NCBI GenBank assembly: GCA_035368605.1
Contig: DAOSLF010000010.1
Location: forward strand, 766 to 64,765
DNA: 64,000 bases
Source of the DNA: Candidatus Omnitrophota bacterium
GTDB taxonomy: Bacteria > Omnitrophota > Omnitrophia > Omnitrophales > Aquincolibacteriaceae
Direction: 5' to 3'
A program made the position numbers and the translations under genes. The notes beneath the pieces were generated by a model. It was not told where the DNA came from. It ran no database searches and worked only from the letters and a program-made list of their open reading frames with translations. This document shows positions 17,877-26,800 of the stretch, in pieces. Each line of letters begins with the position of its first letter. Position 1 is the stretch's first letter.

Positions 17877-20800
17877 TTAGGCGGCGGAGGCGAGGGAGCG
17901 GGCGGCTTCGGCAGCGATCTGGATATTCTCGGCCAGGAGGAGAATGGCACTCAGCGGCTGCACGCCCCGCGGGAGGTCCTTGTTCTCAAGCAAGGTGTTG
18001 AGGGAAGCGATCAAGCCGTAGGACCTCTGGCTCAGCGTCATCCCCTTGTCGTTATAGACCGAGAGCACCCGTTTCCCGCGGCCCGCCTTCGCGAGCGACG
18101 GCGCGAGCGAGCGCAACCCGGCCCCCTCGTCACCGCGCAGGTCATAGACCAGGCCGCCTTCGGAATTCCGTCCGAAGAATCCCGCAATTTTCATTTCGTC
18201 GGAGTCAACCGAAAGATCGATCCTCCCGCCCGCCTTGCGCGCTTTTTGCGCCATTTTCATGAGCATCCGGCTGAACTCCCCGAGCTCGGTCTTCGACACA
18301 CCCGGGATGATGATCTGAAAAAGGAATTTGCTGTTCGCGATCAGGACCACGAGCGTTTGAAGGACGGGATCGTTCGCCGCGGGGACCGCGTCAAAGATCA
18401 CCGCGACCTGCTCCCTCCCGCTCTCAAGCTTCACCGGATCCATCAGCAGGTCTTTTGCTTCCCGAGTCCCGGAACCCGGGGTCCGGATCTTCATCGTGTG
18501 TGCCGCTGGCACCAGGGAATCGAGGACTCGCCCGAGTTCCGCCCGTCCGATCGCGAGTACTCGCTCCTGCCGGAGCACATACGCCGCCGCTCGCGCCACG
18601 CCGATTTCGTTTGGATCGAGGATCCGTTTCTGGCTCTCCGCCAGGGAACGCTTTTCGCTCCGCCGGGCTGAAAGAGGAAGCCCCGCGACGTTCTTCGACA
18701 GAACGGAGCCGTCCCTTCTTTTCCCCGGCACCCCCCCCCTGTCTTCGGTCGGGGCCATCCTTTTCTCGCTGCGGGGATCTCCGGTCTCTGGTTCAAAAAC
18801 CCAGCGGAGCACGGTGACGTTATCCAGTGCCTTGTGATCGCCGGCCAGGACCACATAGTCATCGGCCATACGCCCCTTGAGAGACAAATCCCGTATCCTT
18901 CTGTCCCGCTCCACGCGTCCGCCCGGGTCATCTCCGTGTATGCCATCCGTGGCTACAAGAATCTCGATAGACTCCCGTGCGTCCGTCAGATCGATCTTCA
19001 GAATCTCGGGCTTCCGGATCAGCGTGGGCGAAAAAGCGCGGTCGCCAAAACCCCGCGTCGTGGTCGTGGACCTCCCCGTTCTCAAATTCCGGATGAAAAC
19101 GCGCCCGTCCTCCGCCGCAACCTCAAATCCGGGCGCGGGGCGCATATCCGGGTCTTCCGCGACCCCATGTTCGGGAAGCGGCACCGGCTCTCTCCGGTCC
19201 TTGAAAATGTAGACCGGCGAATCGCCGAGAATCATGACGTATGCGGTTTTCCGGTCCTTCGGGACATAGACGAGGGACAGCGTCGATCCCGAATACATCC
19301 ACGCGGTCAGTATCTGGAGGATGCGATTCGTCCCCGCGAGCGCCGATTCAATATTCCCCCGGTGCCAGAGGACCAGCACCCGGAAAAACGGAACAAGCAG
19401 GGCCCGGAGGAGATTGACCGCACCGGCGCCCCCGTGACCGTCCATCACCGCCATCATCCGCCCGCCGCCGCCCGGGAATCCCGAGATCAGAGAACCGACA
19501 TTCCTGTGGAAGAATCGGTCTTCCTGCTTCCCGCGAATCCCCTCGGCCTGGGCCGTCTCGAATTCACCGAAAATTTCGCCGAGCATGACCTTCAGGGTGC
19601 CGGCGATGATCCGTACCATCAATTTTCCGGACCAGCTCAGGACTTCGTCGGCATTCCGATCCAGGGCACGGATAAGCTCCGCCCGCGTCGGCGGCCCTTT
19701 CCCGAACCTGCGCTGCCACATGTGGAAAGAACACCAGCCGGGTTTTCGGGTATTGAACACCGTGGCGTAGGAAGGATAGATATCCAGTTCCTGCTGTCGC
19801 AGGGGACGCGGTCCGACGATCGACATTTCGCCTTTGAGGATGTTGATCGCCTGAGGGAGCTCATCGAGTCCCGTCCGGCGCAGGAATGCCCCGAAGCGGG
19901 TCGGCACCCTGTTGCCCGATACCGGCATCGTCCGGAATTTGTATATTTTGAAAAGCTTCCCTTTATAACCCGGGCGCTCTTGCGTGAAAAAAACAGGCCA
20001 TCCGATGAAAGGCGCAAAGACCGCGGTCGCGGCGGCAAGAACCGGCATAATGATAAAAAGAGACGCGACGATATCGATAGCCCTGAGCCACGGCGCCCAT
20101 TTCGCGTAAGGCGACCCCGCGAATATTTTCTCCGTGATAACTTCCGGGGCTGATTGTCCCGCAGGAGCTTTCTGCTTCGTGCCCGGTTCTGTGCGGACAC
20201 GCGGCGTGAGTTCCCAAATGCCGGGAGCTTCGAGGAGTTTTTTCCAATCTTCGATCGGAACGAACCGGTAATAGCTGATATCGCGGCCGTCCTCTCTTTC
20301 GAACTGAACGCTATGAAGCCTGGCATACGTCCCCGCCTTCAGGCTGTTTTTCGCGCCGTCCGACTCGATGAACCCGCGGAAGTGGAAGATGTCCCGCCGA
20401 TCCTGTCCCTTGCTGTCGGGAGCGTGCGGGATATAAAGTACGGCGCCGCCGGTAAGCCGCCGGGACGGGTCATCGAGCTTCTGCGAGGAAGAAACCTTCA
20501 TCAGTTCCGCGAGCGCCCCGGGATAGTCTTTGTCGTAAGAATAGATCGACCCGAGCTTCCGGAGAGCGTCATTGAAGGCCCGATGCGCGTCTTTTTCCTC
20601 AGGCCCCTTCAAAACCACCATATCCAACCTCGTAGGTTGGATGGGTTGCCGTACCTCCGGGCGGGAAACGGGAATGGATCCGTCCGTGCCTTGTGGCGAA
20701 CCGGAACGCGTCGGGTGGGCGAACTCCCGTGACAGAATCCTCTCGAAATCTTTCGGGATCATGACGCCATCGCTCATTACGAATTCAAAAGCGCCCGCGT

Positions 20801-23800
20801 TCATGTCGCTCCACGCCTGGGCATAAACCTTGATATCCGTCAGGAAAATTCTTCCGGAAGCGTCAATCGCGAATTCGATCACCAGCGGATGGCGAAAATA
20901 ATCCTGCCAGAACCGGGCAAGTTGATAAATTTCCCGGAGCTGGGGATTCCCGAGCGCGGCTTTCTGTCCGTCATTTTCCGGGATCTCTTCCGTCACAAGC
21001 CCTTCCCCGTCCGGATCGAGTGATTTTTGAGTTCTTTTTTCTCCGATATGGATCTTCGTAAAATCGTCGGGGGCATCCATCCGCACCAGATCCGTACCGA
21101 CCTCTTCCTGGGATCCCGCCGTCAAGCCGTATCCGGCACTCAGGACCATCGTCGAGCGGTTCACCGTAAGCACTCCGGAAACCTTTGCGGGGATCATCGG
21201 CTGGACAAACACGCTCATGAACCCGCCGAACATGTCCGTCCCTCTCATCTTACGCACCCCGATCGCCCGGGGCGTCCATGCGGAAGCGATCACTTCCTGG
21301 GCGGCCGCCGCAAGATTCTCCGCGCGAACCCCGATAACCGAGGCGTGAGTTCCCGGAAGAACAGCCCCGGAACTTTCCTCCTGTCCCGCCGAGCGCACGG
21401 CAAAACGCGCCTGCCGCCTGTCCCGGACAAGTTTTCCGGTCCACGCTTCCCATGGAAAATCCCTCAACCCTTTGCCGGGCCCATCAAGAAGCTGACGGAT
21501 TTTTTCGTAGCGTTTCCCGGCCGGGATATCTTCTTCCAGGATTCGCCGTATTTCGGGTTCAAAAGGCCCGACAGCCTCCTCAAAAGCCTTTCGGGTCATC
21601 ACGAACCCATCCTCGATAAAACCCGGTGCCCGGGGATCCGCCTCTTTCAGGACCAGCGCCTCTCCAAGCTCCCGGGCCTTTCCTCCGACCTCCTCCGCCG
21701 CGAAGAACGTCTGATTCAACCGCACGGCCGAAACGTCCTTGAACGGTTCTCTCTTTTCTTTGGATGTTTGTTCATAACTCTCGCGCAAATTTCGAACGGC
21801 CGGCAGATCCGTCAGTCCGAAATGTTCGGCTTCCTTTAACATCCTCGCGAGGGCGGGGAGGTCGGACGACACGATCTTTTTTTCAGTCGCGCTTTCCATT
21901 TTCGCGATTAACTTTCTGCTCAGGTCTTTCCAGCGGCGCATCACCTCTCTCTTGAAATCCCCCGTCTCCCGGACAAACCCCTGGTCCGCTTCGAAGCGCG
22001 GCCGGTCGCCTCCGAGACAGGCGTTGGCAAAAGCAACAAAGGATTCATACGCACGCATTCTCTTTTTCGTTTCCAGAAAAAGGGAAACAATCTCCTGGGG
22101 AAACGTGGTGTCGGTCACCTTCCCATGCGCCGACCGGAGCCAGTTCCGGAGTTCTTTTTCGCTCCGGGAAATATAACGGGCCAACTCCCCTTCGGAAACC
22201 CTGGCCTTGGCAAGCAAGGCCTTTTTCATATCGTCCGGGATCGTTCCGGAGGAAAGGATTTCCGACAAAAGATAGTCCCGCTGCCTCGCCGACAACGCGC
22301 CAAGATCGAATTGTTTGAGATCCCCCGCCGTCAGCAATCCGGCCTCCGCCTTTCCCAGAAGATCGAACTGCCGTCGAAACATCCTCGATGTCCCGAGAAT
22401 CTCTACTTTCCCGGTCTCATCCAGAAGCACGATCGTGTTTTCATCAGCCCGCACAAGGTCGGGAATCTCGCGGATTTGCCGCACCGAATAGCCTCCGATG
22501 TTTACGGCGGAATCTTTCTCGTATCTCCGCAACTCGAATCCGTCGGGCTGTTGCTCCCCGTTCCGGTGAATATCGATGTCCGGCAGACCGACCCGGTGCA
22601 CGCGAAGGCTTTGCAGCGAGAGATTGGTATGGCTCGTTAAATTGGCCAAACCCGACGATGTCTGCAGAATGCCGGCAATGCTGGAATCCTCCGCGCCCGG
22701 ATCTTTCGGGATCATCGCGATATCCTGATCGGAAATTTCATCGCGCAGCAGCACGTATCGCTCGTGGGAGGGCGCGTGAGAAGGCAGGCGCGTCACCAGC
22801 TTTCCCGCGCGCGGGGCAAGGCTTGGCGAAAATCCGCTCCCCTTGCAGCCATAAGTCAATTCCGGCGAAGACGTCTCAAGCCCTTGTCTTAAAGTTTCCT
22901 CTTTCACCGCCGTGTCCGCGGAGACATCAAACCTGGGGGTCATGAGCGGATAAAAAACCTCGAGCTGATCTTCGATCTCTGCGGCCAAGACCGTCCCGTC
23001 TTTTTTCTCCGCCGAAAGAACATAAACGAAAGAGCTCTGGTCCGCGTTCATCAGGGCATAGAAAACACGCGCCTGTCCCGGAAGCTCCACGGCAACCCTG
23101 ACCGCAAGAAAACGCCCGATCAGGGCAAGCGGTTTAAACCCGGAAAAATAATGCCGCGGAAGACGGTTTAAAACCTTCGCGCTTGCGAAAGACTGGTCCT
23201 GTTCGCCGACCGGCCGCGATAAAGCGTTAAGGAGCCGTTCGACCGGGGTTTTCCATTCGCTGTATTCGGGATTTTTCCCGAGAACACCGTCCCCGCCCCG
23301 GATCAGCCTTCCTTCGAGCAAGCCCTGCCGGATAGGCTCGACAAGATATTGGGCAAAAGACACCTGGTTCAGGAAAATCTCATCTTCGGGGAAAGGCTCA
23401 AGACCCAGCCCGGCAAGAATCCTGTTAAAATAATCCCGGGCTTGACCGACAGAAGATTGCGTGCGGAACATACGCATCCTTTTATCGATCTCCCCTTCAA
23501 TGTATTGAAGGGGCAGACGCGGATACCTCAGACCCATACCGGTCTTTCCGGCGGCATTCGCATCCGCTTCGGCCTGGCGGACCCTTCGGATGAGTTCCTC
23601 AAAAAGGAGATTGTCGGGGATATCCTTCAAAAGGTCCCGGCTCATTCCCAAATAGGCTCCCAGCATGGAGTCCATATTCACCAGACCCAGTCCCGAATAA
23701 AGCAGAACCGGTACCCGGCGGGACAGCGCGAAAAGCGAATGGGGCTCTTTCGCCGCGTCTTCATTTAAACGGGCTGCCACGGTCGGTTGGATCGTTGTCC

Positions 23801-26800
23801 TCAAAGTATTCCCGAGGGCCTCTCCGCCGGCATCGTTCCCTCCCGGCATCAGCAGAGCGTCCAGGTTCCCCTGGTTGCTCACGGGTCCCAGGGATAACGC
23901 CATGACCTGGTAATGCGCTCCGCGCGTCGGCTTGAATGTGAGCTTCGCCAGACTTCCGTTAAAGACCAGCGCCTCCTCGTAGGGGCCGACCAATGACGGG
24001 AAAGCCACCCCTGAAACGGGTTTCCGGTCGCGGGCCGTCCCGATCCCGTCGGCGACATAATCAGGAAGCGCGGGAGGCAAACTCTCCAGAAGAAAAGTCA
24101 GCGCCGCGGAATTCCTGCCGGAAAGCGTGTTATACGATGTCAGGTCCGTCAAATGGACGGGCGCGACCGCCTCGGTCTTTTCCGCAGGATCATACCGTAC
24201 CATCGGCGATACCACATGCAGGCCCGGATCGATAAGAACATTATAAAAACGGCTCCGCATCAACTCCTTGCGGTCGAGTCCCCGGAGCACCTCCGTCTTC
24301 CGCTGGTCTTCGGGGTCCGAAACGATGTTCCCAAAATGCGAGAGATAATAGTGGTGAAGAAAATTAACAAATTCATTCAGGATCTGCGCCCTCCGGATCC
24401 GGCTTTCCGGCCACTCGTAATCATGTTCCCACCCCGGAGAAATGGAAAGGAGGCTCGAGGGCGCGCTCGTCCGGCTCTTGCGAAACAACTCTTCCTTCTT
24501 CGCGGCAATCCGGCTGAAAAATTCGCGTTCCTTTTCCTGCCGGAACGCTCCGCGGAAGAGGTCCTTGAACGCGGAGGCGAAGGCGGTCACGGATTCCAGA
24601 AATTCATGCCGCTCCAGCTCCTTGAGGCCGGAACTTGTCGCGATAGCCTGTGCCTTTTCCCGGACTTTAAGATGCATCTTTTCAAATTCCGCCACGCGGG
24701 CGTCCAGAACGTTCCGGTTGATGGAATAAAAACCCAAATTCCAGAACGGGCCGTCTTTGCGAATATTCCTGCCTGTAAACAAAGAGGCCATATTCTCGGG
24801 AACGGCAAATCGCATCTCCTGATTCAGGAGGGCGCGCTCGTCCCCCGAAGGAACGGTGTCATCGTCAACATCTCCTTCGATGTCGGGGTCTTCATTCCGG
24901 ACAACCTTCGCTCGCTCCGGCGTTTCGGGCACAAAACTGATATAGACAATTTTCTCGAGATGAACAAGGTCGCTGAGATGCGCGCTCGTGACCGGCATCC
25001 CATAGAGTGTCCTGAAATTACGGATCACTTCCCTCAGTTTTTCAGCCCCTCCGAATTCCCGAACCGCGCGGTCGAGATTCTTTTTCATGAATTCACCCGT
25101 CAACCCCGCCCGGAGCATGAGCATGGGGTGCAGGAGCGCGCCAACGCCGGAATCCGTTTCACGGGCAATTTTCCGAAAATAATCAAAATCCTCACGGGAC
25201 ATGCCCGCGGCAACGGCCCTGCCTCTCAAATCTTCCAGAATCTCCGGCGTGACGGGGATTCTCCGCAGGTTTTCCCCGGCCAGGAATTTCAGTGAATCGG
25301 GATGAGGCCCTTTTAGCGCCCCGGCAAGAGCATCGAAGGAGTCGTGGATTTCCAGCAAGACTTCAGGGTCCTCCCGAACAAGACCGGCCAGAACGGCTCC
25401 TGCCTTTTCTTTTCCGGTTCGATCCGGGCTATGGAGCTGTCGTATCAACTCGGAGATTTGAGAACTTCTTGCCCGATTTTTATCATCCACCGGCTCGGTT
25501 CTCCGGTTTAGAAGAAGTTCCCGATCCGGGGCCGGAGGCTCCCGTTGTTCGGAACGGACGGACAAATCTTTGACGGGCTGAAGGATCGCCCGGACGCCTT
25601 TCGGAAAATATTTTTTCGCTATATCGTCCCGGACCATCAGCAACGCGATATAACGGTCCGAATGTGCGAACTCCTGGGATGTGGCCCCGGCGAGGACCGA
25701 GTAAGCTTCGCTGAAAGGCCCCATGATGTCTTCCCGCAGGGCGAAGGTCAACCCCGTGGTAATGACCATCGCGGGTTCAAGCCGTTTCACTTCCTCCAAA
25801 AAACTCATTTCCTCCCCTTCGGAATAAGCTCCGAAAACATAGGAGATGTTCATGACCACGATCGCGTCCTTCCACTCCGCGGGGTCCACCTCCCCCGAAT
25901 CCAGGGCTTTCCCGAGATATTCCACGGTCTGGTGGCGGTTCGGCTCCCAGCCGTTACGCTTGAGATTCCCAGCCAAACGGGCGCGTTTTACGGCAACAGG
26001 TTCCACAAAAAGGACTTTCGGGGAGTTCCGGAAAAACAATCCCAGTTTTCCGTCACTCGCTCCAAAATCAACGGCCGGGAAATCCTGAACGACCGGCCGG
26101 AGCTGTTGCATCAGTGCAAGAGCAACGTGAGCCGACGCGACCGGCGTTTCGGACCGCCCCATAAAGTCGGGGTTTTCCAACGCAATAAACTGCACATCCG
26201 GATACCGGGACGTCGCGGGGCCGAGGATCGCCCGAGTCGCAGGGTGATCCCGGTAATAAACGACATCTCCGTGCCGGCGAACGATCACCTGCTTTTCCCC
26301 GGATCCGTCGATGTCCGCTTCAAAATAATCCAGGGGGACCAGATCCCCATCCCGATTCGCGGAATGATAAAAATCATGTATCACGTCCGGGAATTTCTCA
26401 CGAAAGAGGGGGAAGAGCTCCCTGATAAAATCCCCCTCCACGGATCCGATCGATTCGTTGAGCGCGGCGCGGACCGCCTTGGGGAGGCTGGACATGAGAC
26501 CTTCCAGGCTCACCATCAAACGGTCCAGACATTCTCCTGCGTTAAAGTAATAGGAAGGATTCCCGATGTAGGCGGAAAGAGACGGAAAATCCCGTTTCAG
26601 ATGTTCAGTGACGCTTTTTGAACGCGCGAACGTGTCGGGAACGGCATTGTAACCGTAGGTCACTTTAAAACGATCCGGCCTTCGGACAAAATAAACCGCC
26701 CGTTGAGCCTCCGCGACACTCAGGAACGGTTTCACGTCTTCGTCCCGAAGCCTCGCCTCGGCGCGACCTTCCAACGGTTTCAACCGCGCGGGCCGACGAG

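Noticed and set aside
18834-20153. 439-aa and other long plus-strand ORFs (for example 24153-25295, 25545-26621, 47783-49219, 49253-50098) inside the giant genes
   Set aside because: All are antisense to the uninterrupted giant ORFs, whose translations contain many recognisable catalytic motifs. These are typical stop-poor antisense frames in GC-rich DNA.
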